From a virus, in IMG/VR virus record IMGVR_UViG_3300002854_000227, positions 7,533 to 71,532 of that record: 64,000 bases of DNA. One strand, written 5' to 3'. Shown here piece by piece: positions 56,327 through 64,000 of the stretch (position 1 is the stretch's first letter; each line of letters opens with the position of its first letter). Made by a program: the position numbers and the translations under genes. The notes beneath the pieces were generated by a model. That model did not search any database. It was not told where the DNA came from and saw nothing but the letters and a program-made list of their open reading frames with translations.

Positions 56327-58309
56327 ATGTATCCAATATCGACGCTCTATACCGACTATCTAAAACGGCACGATCGGGAATTCAAGGTAAAGGCCAACAT
56401 CGCCGGTACGGAATACGACGACACGTCCATCGTCGATTTTACGATTGAGAATAGCCTGGCGATGGGTGACGAGTTCGAACTCGGAACGGCCATCAAGTCC
56501 AAGCTGACGATCCGGATCCGAACGCGTACGGTCATCCCTGCGAACGCGAAGATCGTACCCTACCTCGCTTTGTCACTCGCGGACATGACTTGGCAGCAAG
56601 CAGATTACGCTTGGCAGGGGGCTGATTTCTCCTGGGACGGAGGGACGACGAGCTGGCTGCCGCTCGGCGAATTTTACGTAGATTCGCGCGAAAAGGTCAA
56701 CGACGTTTGGGCGTTCACCTGTTACGACAAGCTCGTCTGGGCGGACGTCCCGTACGTCAGCTCGCTCGTTTATCCGACGACGCAGAAGGCCGTCTGGGAC
56801 GAAATTTGCACGCGGCTCGGCTTTACCTACGACAGCAGCGTCGTGATTAACCCAGCGTACCAGATTCAAGCGGGCCCGGCCGGTTACAGCTATCGGCAGG
56901 TCATGGGCTACATTGCCGGCGCCAATTCGGCGAGCGTATTCGTGGGCAAGGATGGGAAGCTAAAGTTTAAGCGATTCGCCGCTGCCGACGTCCCGGTCTA
57001 CGAGCTCACGGCAAGCGACTACTTCCGCGCGAAGCAGCTCAATCCGGTGAAGACCTACTCCCGGATCGTGGTCGCCTACAACACGGAGGACGGACTGACC
57101 TATGAGGCGGGGACAGGCGACGAGAATCATACGCTGTACGTGGAAAACCCATTCGCCACACAGGCGATTACGAACAGCCTCCGGGCGACGCTGAACGGTC
57201 TCTCTTATATGCCGGTATCCATGGATGCCCGCGGCTTTCCACAGCTCGAACATGGCGATTGCATCAGCTTCCAGCGGTACGAGGGCGGCTCGTGGATCGA
57301 GACGGATTCGCCTTGGCAGGATTCCGACATCGCCTGGGACGGAATCGTCCGATACCGGACGTACATCTTGCACAAGGTGTACAGCTTCAAAGGCGGGCTC
57401 AAAATGTCCATCGAGGCGCCGTCTAAGAGCGAGCAGCAGTCCGAATTCGTTGTCGAGGGCACACTTAGTCAGCAGGTAAACCGGTTGAACAACAACGCCG
57501 TCAAACAGGGCAAGTCCTATTACGGCGCGACGATCACCCGGACCGCGGGGCTTACGATCGAGCGGGAGGACCATAAGAGTAAGGTGGTTCTCAACTCGGA
57601 TGAAATGACCTTCTATTCAGGTTCCGACAAGGCGATATGGTTCGACGTACCGAACAACCGCTTCAAATTCAAGGGGACACTTGAAGCCGCAGACGGCGTG
57701 TTCAGCGGCAATCTTTCAGCGGCCGGGGGTACTTTCAGCGGCGATCTCGTAGCGGCGGGCGGGACGTTTCGGGGGGCGCTCCAAGCGGCGTCAGGCACAT
57801 TTGCAGGCGCCCTTCAAGCGGCATCGGGGACGTTTACAGGTAACCTGTCGGCAGTGGGCGGGACATTTACCGGGACGCTAATCGGGGTAAATGGAACCTT
57901 TAGCGGGTCAATCACTGCATCGACATTTACCGGTGGCCTTATTCAATCGGCGACGACTGGAAAGCGTATCGAAATGACAAACGGAAAAATATCTGTCTAC
58001 AACGCCGATAATACGCTTGGCATGGAGATTGACTCGACCGGTGCGAATCCGATTATCAATTTCTATGAAAACGGAGTGTTAAAGGCAAACTTATTCCGGT
58101 CTCTGGGTAGTACCGTCTTTGCATCTGAAGGTTCATTGTTACTATCCGGAAATACGAGAACGAATATTTCAAATCCACTCACCATTAATTCTGGCTCTGC
58201 ATTTGATTCTATATTTCAATCTAATAGCTCAGCGACAACTATTACGGGCATCGTAGGAGACTTTAACACCCTACTTAATAACCTCAGAAACATGAATATA
58301 CTGGCATGA
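56327..58309 (+). CDS. Tail/baseplate hub (Tal-like) protein with 11-aa repeats
   Basis: Follows Dit; LGEFYVD, CYDKL motifs; GTF.G.L repeats. Confidence 0.75.
   Translation: MYPISTLYTDYLKRHDREFKVKANIAGTEYDDTSIVDFTIENSLAMGDEFELGTAIKSKLTIRIRTRTVIPANAKIVPYLALSLADMTWQQADYAWQGADFSWDGGTTSWLPLGEFYVDSREKVNDVWAFTCYDKLVWADVPYVSSLVYPTTQKAVWDEICTRLGFTYDSSVVINPAYQIQAGPAGYSYRQVMGYIAGANSASVFVGKDGKLKFKRFAAADVPVYELTASDYFRAKQLNPVKTYSRIVVAYNTEDGLTYEAGTGDENHTLYVENPFATQAITNSLRATLNGLSYMPVSMDARGFPQLEHGDCISFQRYEGGSWIETDSPWQDSDIAWDGIVRYRTYILHKVYSFKGGLKMSIEAPSKSEQQSEFVVEGTLSQQVNRLNNNAVKQGKSYYGATITRTAGLTIEREDHKSKVVLNSDEMTFYSGSDKAIWFDVPNNRFKFKGTLEAADGVFSGNLSAAGGTFSGDLVAAGGTFRGALQAASGTFAGALQAASGTFTGNLSAVGGTFTGTLIGVNGTFSGSITASTFTGGLIQSATTGKRIEMTNGKISVYNADNTLGMEIDSTGANPIINFYENGVLKANLFRSLGSTVFASEGSLLLSGNTRTNISNPLTINSGSAFDSIFQSNSSATTITGIVGDFNTLLNNLRNMNILA
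57695..57935 (+). repeat. Degenerate 33-bp tandem repeat (GTFxGxLxAAx), about 7 copies
   Basis: GVFSGNLSAAG GTFSGDLVAAG GTFRGALQAAS GTFAGALQAAS GTFTGNLSAVG GTFTGTLIGVN GTFSGSITAS. Confidence 0.85.
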
Positions 58310-58361
58310 AGGATGCGCCTGCTTTACAATGGGAGGAAAATGTCGGAAGGTGGTAAATCAC

Positions 58362-58919
58362 ATGAAAAAGCACTTTCTCTCCATTTGTTTTGGCATACTC
58401 ATCGGACTTGTTGCCGGATCTACTACAGGGGCTTTTGCTGCTGTTGGAGATAGAGTAGAGGCTGTATTCGATAAATTCACATTCATCGTAAATGGCGAAA
58501 AGAAAGACTTGGCAGCCGATCCTCTCGTGTATAAAGGGACAACGTATCTCCCGGTCCGGGTTGTTAGCAATTTACTCGGGTACGACGTTAACTTTAAGGC
58601 GAAGACAAAGACGCTCGAGTTGGTTCAAGGGACGGAGAGTGAAACTGTGAGTAGCGATGGTAGTACAGTTCAAAAAGAAATCGATGAGATAAACTGCATC
58701 CTGCCCGGGCTAAAAAGTAATAGGGATACGTTGCAGCAAACGATCGATTCAAACATTCAAAAACTCCTTGACGATGGAAAAACGATGCAACAAATTGAGT
58801 CCGGAGACATCGGTATGATTCTACCTTTGCAACAATGGAAAGACGAAGTGGCCGACGTAAACAAACGAATCAAGGAACTAGAAACGCGTAAATCCGAACT
58901 CGAAGCACAGCTTAAATAA
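58362..58919 (+). CDS. Secreted copper-amine-oxidase-N-like (stalk) domain moron
   Basis: Signal peptide MKKHFLSICFG...; YKGTTYLPVRVVSNLLGYDV; own terminator at 58926-58955. Confidence 0.75.
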   Translation: MKKHFLSICFGILIGLVAGSTTGAFAAVGDRVEAVFDKFTFIVNGEKKDLAADPLVYKGTTYLPVRVVSNLLGYDVNFKAKTKTLELVQGTESETVSSDGSTVQKEIDEINCILPGLKSNRDTLQQTIDSNIQKLLDDGKTMQQIESGDIGMILPLQQWKDEVADVNKRIKELETRKSELEAQLK

Positions 58920-58957
58920 TATCCGAAAGACGCTCCTTCCATGGGGCGTCTTTTTAT

Positions 58958-59191
58958 TTGGAGGCGATCCGCTTGGCCGTTGTCCAACCTGTCGTACGAA
59001 TCGAGCTCGACCCGCTCAAACCTGTGCCGGAGATATGTGCCGCCATCATGGCCGTTACGCCGTACCATCAAGGTCAAGAAGAGTCGATCCTCATCGGGAT
59101 CCAAGAGGCCATCGAGCAGCGTCTTGCATTTTTAAAAAAGGGAGCTGAACAAGTTGCCGAACCGGTACGCGAACCTAGTCGGGAGCAATAA
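58958..59191 (+). CDS. Small conserved phage tail-region protein (start uncertain)
   Basis: IELDPLKPVPEICA.I.AVTPYH...EESIL; overlaps tailspike start. Confidence 0.55.
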   Translation: MEAIRLAVVQPVVRIELDPLKPVPEICAAIMAVTPYHQGQEESILIGIQEAIEQRLAFLKKGAEQVAEPVREPSREQ

Positions 59192-61220
59192 GATCAGCAC
59201 GGACTACACCAAGATCAATGACGGCTTTCAAGCCGTGCAAGATGAAATGGACAGCAAGGCACCGGCGAGCGTCGGTACCACGTTGACGGCTCATATCGGC
59301 TCCCGCGGCGCTGCGCACGGCAACGCGACCCAGACCGAGGCGGGGTTTATGTCGGCCGCGGACAAGTCCAAGCTTAACGGGATCGAGGCGGGCGCCGAAA
59401 AGAATAAGCCAGCATTTTCGCACGTCAACGACGTTACGGCCGGAACGCCAGAGGACACGCTTACCGTAGAGGGCGGGACGGGCATCACCGTAACGACCAA
59501 TCCGACCACGAAGAAAATGACCATTACGGCAACTGGCACGGCGACGCCTGGAGCGCACGGTCCGTCCCATACGGAGTTCGGATCCGATCCAATACCAAAC
59601 GCCACACCGTCAGAAGGCGGCCTCATGTCCGCAGCAGACAAAACGAAGTTAGATGGTATGGACGGGGATTTCGACGACCTTGCTGGACCTGGTCGAACAA
59701 CCGAAACGGTTAAAGGTAACGCGGATGCAATTGCTTCATTAAATGCGGGAACTGTTACGAACATCGTCAACGCCGTTACCGGACATGGAGCGGACAGGAC
59801 GGGTGTGACAGACAGTTCCGCAGCTCTCAACGCAGCGGCTTCGGCGGCTGCTGGCGGCGTGCTCTATATCCCTCCGGGAAGTTACAAGATTTCCGCGACG
59901 ATTAACATTCCCACAAACGTTACTGTATCGGCATACGGGGCGCGGGTTTTCAATACATCAAGCCATATCACATTGCTCTCTCTCGGCTCCAATCTTGAAG
60001 TTATAGGCCTTGAGCTTGAGGGGGCCGGAAACAGCGCATACAATTCGTCTGGCGTTGCAATCTCTGTTGTAGGTGCAAGCGCGGCCAACCGAGCCAAAGA
60101 CATCACATTGAGGGATTGCAATATCCACGACGTTGGATTTTACGGAGTATATATGGAATTCGTGGACGGGGCGACCGTGGATCACTGTCAGATAAAAAAC
60201 GTCGCTTACGGTGGCGTCGTAGGTTTGTCGGTGTCCAATGTAACGGTAACAAGAAGCCGTATCAAGGGCGTTTCTCCGGGATTTAACAACAACGCTTACG
60301 GCGTAGCATATACGAGACATGGCAGTAGCAGCGATCTAACTACTTATCCCCGAAGCGCACATTGTACGGTATCAGATTGTAGGATCGAGGATATCACGCT
60401 TTGGGAAGGTCTAGATACGCACGGCGGGGAATACATCAGTTTTATCAACAACCGCATCAAAAATTGCAAAGTAGGAATTGCAATCGTAGCGGCTCCGTAT
60501 TCTGGTGGAGGTTATGCGGCAAAGTATTGCCAGGCTATAGGCAATAGGATTGACGGAATTACGACAGGTGCCGGGATCATCGTGGCCGGAGCAAGTAACA
60601 CTGTTGGTAACCCGTACGATTACGTGACAGCATGCGTGATTCTCGGAAATGTGTTGTACAGGTGCGGGGTGGTGGGAAACAGCAACAGCGGCGGGATTTA
60701 CCTCGATGCGTCCGAAGCCACTGTCGTCCAAGGGAACACATTAACGGAATGCTATGCGAATGGGGTCATCTTCAATAACACGAACCGCGGTTTCTCTTGT
60801 ACGGGAAATACGATAATAGATCCGCAAGATACGACTTGGGCGAATGCCGCAGGTATTTGTATCCGTACTTCGTACAACACCGGCACGATCGACGGGAACA
60901 CGCTTTTAAGGATCAACGATGCTCTGAATACTTACGTTTCCGAGATCGGAATTTTTGTAAATACATCGGGTACGAACTACGACCTGTATGTCGGAGTTAA
61001 TCAAAACAATTTCGTTATCCAGATGGTCGGTTTGCAAGGGGAATATACGAAATTTGGTTCGCTGGGTAATAATATCTTCGTTTATGCCCACACCGCAACG
61101 CCAGAAGGTGTGATAGGAGCTGCGATAGGTAGTCTTTGTATTAATCGTAACGGGGGAGCAGGAACAACATTTTTCGTCAAACAAACTGGAGCTGGAAATA
61201 CAGGATGGGTTGGAAAGTAA
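59154..61220 (+). CDS. Tailspike with right-handed beta-helix (pectate-lyase-3-like) domain
   Basis: NRYANLVGSNKIS anchor; GADRTGVTDSSAALNAA, LYIPPGSY; parallel beta-helix repeats. Confidence 0.8.
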   Translation: MPNRYANLVGSNKISTDYTKINDGFQAVQDEMDSKAPASVGTTLTAHIGSRGAAHGNATQTEAGFMSAADKSKLNGIEAGAEKNKPAFSHVNDVTAGTPEDTLTVEGGTGITVTTNPTTKKMTITATGTATPGAHGPSHTEFGSDPIPNATPSEGGLMSAADKTKLDGMDGDFDDLAGPGRTTETVKGNADAIASLNAGTVTNIVNAVTGHGADRTGVTDSSAALNAAASAAAGGVLYIPPGSYKISATINIPTNVTVSAYGARVFNTSSHITLLSLGSNLEVIGLELEGAGNSAYNSSGVAISVVGASAANRAKDITLRDCNIHDVGFYGVYMEFVDGATVDHCQIKNVAYGGVVGLSVSNVTVTRSRIKGVSPGFNNNAYGVAYTRHGSSSDLTTYPRSAHCTVSDCRIEDITLWEGLDTHGGEYISFINNRIKNCKVGIAIVAAPYSGGGYAAKYCQAIGNRIDGITTGAGIIVAGASNTVGNPYDYVTACVILGNVLYRCGVVGNSNSGGIYLDASEATVVQGNTLTECYANGVIFNNTNRGFSCTGNTIIDPQDTTWANAAGICIRTSYNTGTIDGNTLLRINDALNTYVSEIGIFVNTSGTNYDLYVGVNQNNFVIQMVGLQGEYTKFGSLGNNIFVYAHTATPEGVIGAAIGSLCINRNGGAGTTFFVKQTGAGNTGWVGK

Positions 61221-61267
61221 ATCAATATGGTATATTATGATGAAAAATAGCAAATGGGGAGTTTCGG

Positions 61268-62242
61268 TTGAATTATTCAATTGTTGTTTTTATACTTTCG
61301 TTATTAAGTTCTATGCCATATTTTCCAGTTGTTCAATTAAAATCAGAGTATCTGGGAATAGTGGAGACGGCGAAGGAAAAATACGAAGACATAGGTTACG
61401 ATTGGAGAAGATATGAAGTAGACTACAATGCTTTTGGGGACTACTTCAATTTCAGCACAAAAGGGATTCAACAGGGAAAAACTTTGGACGAAAATGGAAT
61501 ACCTATGTTTTCAAGTAACGACGATAAATTATACTACCATCCAGTTATGATTCAGCAGTATGCATTGCAATTGCATAGTCAGTACATGAAAACTGGAACT
61601 GGAAAAGAGCAGTTTTTGAATGTTGCTAACTTTATTATCAGTTTGATGGATGAAGACGGATCATATCGGTACCCGTTTGGTTTCAATTATTACGTTACTA
61701 AAAAAGATCTTGAGCCTGGTTGGGTATCTGCTTTAGCTCAAGGACAAGCTTTGAATGTGTTCGCAAGAGCCTATGATTTAACAAATGATGATGAGTATTT
61801 AAAGGCAGGAAGAAAATCCTTCGATTTTATGGTAAGGCCCGTTTCTGAGGGCGGAACCATGACGACATTAAAAGATTTGCACAAGAGTCTTGATGGCTAC
61901 GTTTTCTTTGACGAGTATCCGATTATTCCATCGGCATACACGTTAAACGGATTTATGTTTACTATGATCGGTCTATACGATTGGTCACAAGTGGATCCGG
62001 AGAGCGAAGCAAAACATTATTTTAATAAATCCCTAATCACGTTGAAACATATTCTAAAATATTACGATATTGGGGGGATGACAACATATGATATGAGTTT
62101 TATTACTCATAAAATAACACCAGTTGTTAACCCTAGATATCATCAAGTTCATGTTCACCTGCTAGATGCTCTATACGACATTACAAATGACGAAAAGATC
62201 AAAAATTATAGAGACTTGTGGGCGGGATATGTAAATCAGTAG
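61268..62242 (+). CDS. D-glucuronyl C5-epimerase C-terminal-domain protein, N-terminal signal/anchor
   Basis: YHPVMIQQYAL, WVSALAQGQAL, FFDEYP, TLNGFMF..IGLYD, YHQVHVHLL..LY; AT-rich; own terminator. Confidence 0.8.
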   Translation: MNYSIVVFILSLLSSMPYFPVVQLKSEYLGIVETAKEKYEDIGYDWRRYEVDYNAFGDYFNFSTKGIQQGKTLDENGIPMFSSNDDKLYYHPVMIQQYALQLHSQYMKTGTGKEQFLNVANFIISLMDEDGSYRYPFGFNYYVTKKDLEPGWVSALAQGQALNVFARAYDLTNDDEYLKAGRKSFDFMVRPVSEGGTMTTLKDLHKSLDGYVFFDEYPIIPSAYTLNGFMFTMIGLYDWSQVDPESEAKHYFNKSLITLKHILKYYDIGGMTTYDMSFITHKITPVVNPRYHQVHVHLLDALYDITNDEKIKNYRDLWAGYVNQ

Positions 62243-62324
62243 GGAGCCTTTAGGCTCTCTTTCATTATGTGCAGCAAGCTCGCGTCTCCGGCGCGGGCTA
62301 TTTCTGTTGAGAGGAGGCGGTCTC

Positions 62325-62615
62325 TTGGATCAAAACGTCATCACCATTATTGCAGTAGCCGGTACACTCAGCGGGATCGCCCTCGGGTGGTTTGGTAGGG
62401 CTCGGACGGTCCGTCAGGATACTATCGCGGACGCGACCAGGGACGCCACACTGCAATCTGATCTGGGCCACATTAAACGCGGGATAGAAGATCTCCGCGT
62501 AGAGATCAAGTTCCAGGGCAAGCAATACGCCGAACTGCACGAGTCTGTCATCCGCATGGACGAGTCGCTTAAGTCGGCACATAAACGCATTGATAAATTG
62601 GAGGCGAGGGCATGA
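62325..62615 (+). CDS. Lysis accessory / holin-like protein (N-terminal TM + coiled coil)
   Basis: GAGGAGG RBS then TTG; ends KSAHKRIDKLE. Confidence 0.7.
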   Translation: MDQNVITIIAVAGTLSGIALGWFGRARTVRQDTIADATRDATLQSDLGHIKRGIEDLRVEIKFQGKQYAELHESVIRMDESLKSAHKRIDKLEARA

Positions 62616-62893
62616 TGGATTGGAACGTTATCGCAGGACTCATCGACGTTAGGCTGGCCGGGGTACTGGCCGCTTGCTGGATCATCGGTTACGGACTTAA
62701 GCGGACCCCGCGCGTCCCGGACTGGTCGATCCTGTTTATCGTGATCGCCGTCGCGGCGCTGCTGACGGGCGGCGTAATCGGCTATACGGTCGAGGCAATC
62801 GTGCAGGGTATTCTCGTTGGCGCGCTGGCCGTCGTGGGGCATCAGGCCGTCAAGCAGGCGAGGGAGGCAGCGGGCGATGGCAAATCTGACTAA
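62612..62893 (+). CDS. Holin (homologue of 15082..15354)
   Basis: Same family as prophage 1 holin, 67/87 identical residues by manual count. Confidence 0.85.
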   Translation: MMDWNVIAGLIDVRLAGVLAACWIIGYGLKRTPRVPDWSILFIVIAVAALLTGGVIGYTVEAIVQGILVGALAVVGHQAVKQAREAAGDGKSD

Positions 62894-63506
62894 GCCCCAA
62901 TTTATCGCCGCGCTACTACCGCACGTCCAGCGGGTCCGCCGGGAGGGTTCTCCGATGTTCCCTTCCGTCCGGCTGGCGCAAAACTTGCTCGAGACCGGCG
63001 GGGTTCTCCATCCGTGGAATAACCTGGGTGGGATCAAGGTCGGGAGCGGCATCCCGAACGCGTTCTGGAAAGGGCAATGGGTGCGCAAGGGGACATGGGA
63101 AGTCGAGAACGGAACCCGCGTCGACACCGCGGCCAATTTTCGGGCCTACGAGAGCGTCTACCATTTCTACAAGGACCAGGATCTCCTGTTCGCGCTGGTG
63201 CGCTATGCCCGCGTCCGCGCAGCCAAGTCGCCGGCAGAGCAAGCGGACGCGCTACGGATGTGTGGATATGCGACCGATCCGCAGTACGCGACGAAGATCA
63301 CGTCGATTATCAAGACTTACAAGCTCGATCAATACGACAAGGAGGACGAGTACATGATGGACCCGAAGGATGCCAATTACATCATCGACAAGCACATCCG
63401 ACCAATGCGAGCCGCCGCGCTCAAGGCAGGGGATCAGAAACAGGCCGACGAGTCTCACAGGCTCGCCAACGAGCTTCGCAAGGCCTCCGGGCAAAAGGTG
63501 CAGTAA
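62877..63506 (+). CDS. Endolysin, GH73 glucosaminidase
   Basis: LAQNLLETG, NNLGGIK, FRAYES, GYATDPQYATKI. Confidence 0.88.
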   Translation: MANLTKPQFIAALLPHVQRVRREGSPMFPSVRLAQNLLETGGVLHPWNNLGGIKVGSGIPNAFWKGQWVRKGTWEVENGTRVDTAANFRAYESVYHFYKDQDLLFALVRYARVRAAKSPAEQADALRMCGYATDPQYATKITSIIKTYKLDQYDKEDEYMMDPKDANYIIDKHIRPMRAAALKAGDQKQADESHRLANELRKASGQKVQ

Positions 63507-63511
63507 TACAA

Positions 63512-63547
63512 ACAGCCCGAGGGCTTCGGCTCTCGGGTTATTTTTGT
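63512..63547. terminator. Probable bidirectional terminator
   Basis: AGCCCGAGGGC-TTCG-GCTCTCGGGTT followed by ATTTTTTG. Confidence 0.75.
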
Positions 63548-63750
63548 TTTATCCGGATCTCCGAACCATCCTTTGGGTAGTGCTCGCCGTCTTCGAGAAC
63601 GATCGTGATATCGGTTTGGCTAATGATCCGACCGACGCCCATAATCTCATCCACTTTGTAATCCCCTGTTCCGAAACTGTAGTCGTAGGTTCTCCAAACC
63701 TCAACCTCTACCCCGGCAAGGATCATCTCGTTAATCAGCTTCGCGTCCAT
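63538..63750 (-). CDS. Hypothetical protein, paralogue of 20215..20430
   Basis: GGAGTG RBS; same protein family as prophage 1 copy. Confidence 0.75.
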   Translation of the reverse strand: MDAKLINEMILAGVEVEVWRTYDYSFGTGDYKVDEIMGVGRIISQTDITIVLEDGEHYPKDGSEIRIKQK

Positions 63751-63785
63751 CCGACTTCACTCCAAATCTATAAGCGTATGGAAAT

Positions 63786-63815
63786 ATTCTATTGTTCAAA
63801 GAGCATTTATGTAAA
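63786..63815 (-). promoter_or_regulatory. sigmaA-like promoter for the 70-aa gene
   Basis: TTTACA-18-TAGAAT on minus strand. Confidence 0.55.
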
Positions 63816-63849
63816 GGCCAGCCATGCACGGCCAACTCGTTGCGGAATT

Positions 63850-63929
63850 CCGCGACCATCCCGGTCGTAGCCGGTAGGTTTCGGCCTCCTCCGCTGAAGG
63901 CCCAAGGCGCGAATGCGCTCGTCAGGCGG
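63850..63929 (-). ncRNA. Hammerhead ribozyme-like element (type I topology, extra hairpin in core)
   Basis: Minus strand CCGC-CUGACGA-[GCGC AUUC GCGC CUUG]-GGCCUUC agcgga GGAGGCC-GAAA-CC..CCGG cuacga CCGG..GG-UC/GCGG. Confidence 0.72.
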
Positions 63930-63934
63930 GTGCG

Positions 63935-64000
63935 CTACTGGTGCTCTGCGATGAAATTTTCGATCCGCTCTATCACGTCTTCCAAATCCGCGAAAGAGTC
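63935..64000 (-). CDS. 3' end of a gene starting outside the window
   Basis: Minus strand reads ...DSFADLEDVIERIENFIAEHQ* ending just before the ribozyme-like element. Confidence 0.5.
   Translation of the reverse strand, partial: DSFADLEDVIERIENFIAEHQ

Larger units (their letters stand above)
26855..64000 (+). mobile_element. Prophage 2, A118-like siphovirus, nearly complete; left end approximate, right att outside window
   Basis: Integrase-repressor-cro-replication-terminase-portal-capsid-tail-lysis gene order. Confidence 0.93.

Noticed and set aside
61210-61416. 68-aa ORF overlapping tailspike end and epimerase start
   Set aside because: Overlaps two better-supported genes; no RBS
63781-63790. 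GAAATATTCT also found at 26821-26830, considered as attR
   Set aside because: Only 10 AT-rich bases match, no pilin 3' half follows, and phage-like genes continue to the window edge

Overview
High-GC Paenibacillaceae-like (Paenibacillus/Cohnella-type; inferred from gene content) chromosomal window made almost entirely of two co-oriented prophages separated by a ~3.9 kb host tad/Flp-pilus segment. Prophage 1 (1 to ~22990; only its right part is in the window) is a PBSX/Xkd-like contractile-tail phage. It has neck, sheath, tube, baseplate and fibre genes, a lysis cassette with an unusual phosphodiester-glycosidase/DUF1906 endolysin, a Septu-like ATPase+HNH pair, a DNA ligase, and a LexA-box-controlled DinB cassette. 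It appears to end inside a cpaE-like host gene. The host segment holds cpaF, tadB, tadC and a small pilin-like gene that appears broken by prophage 2. Prophage 2 (~26855 to beyond 64000) is a nearly complete A118-like siphovirus. It has an integrase, a CI/Cro switch with three operators, and a PolA/SSB/primase/helicase replication module with a putative origin. It also has a PAPS-reductase-like gene, a C5 methyltransferase, head and tail genes, a beta-helix tailspike followed by a glucuronyl C5-epimerase-like gene, and lysis genes. At the far right is a hammerhead-ribozyme-like element with an extra hairpin in its core. Product names come from my recognition of motifs and gene order; no database searches were run.
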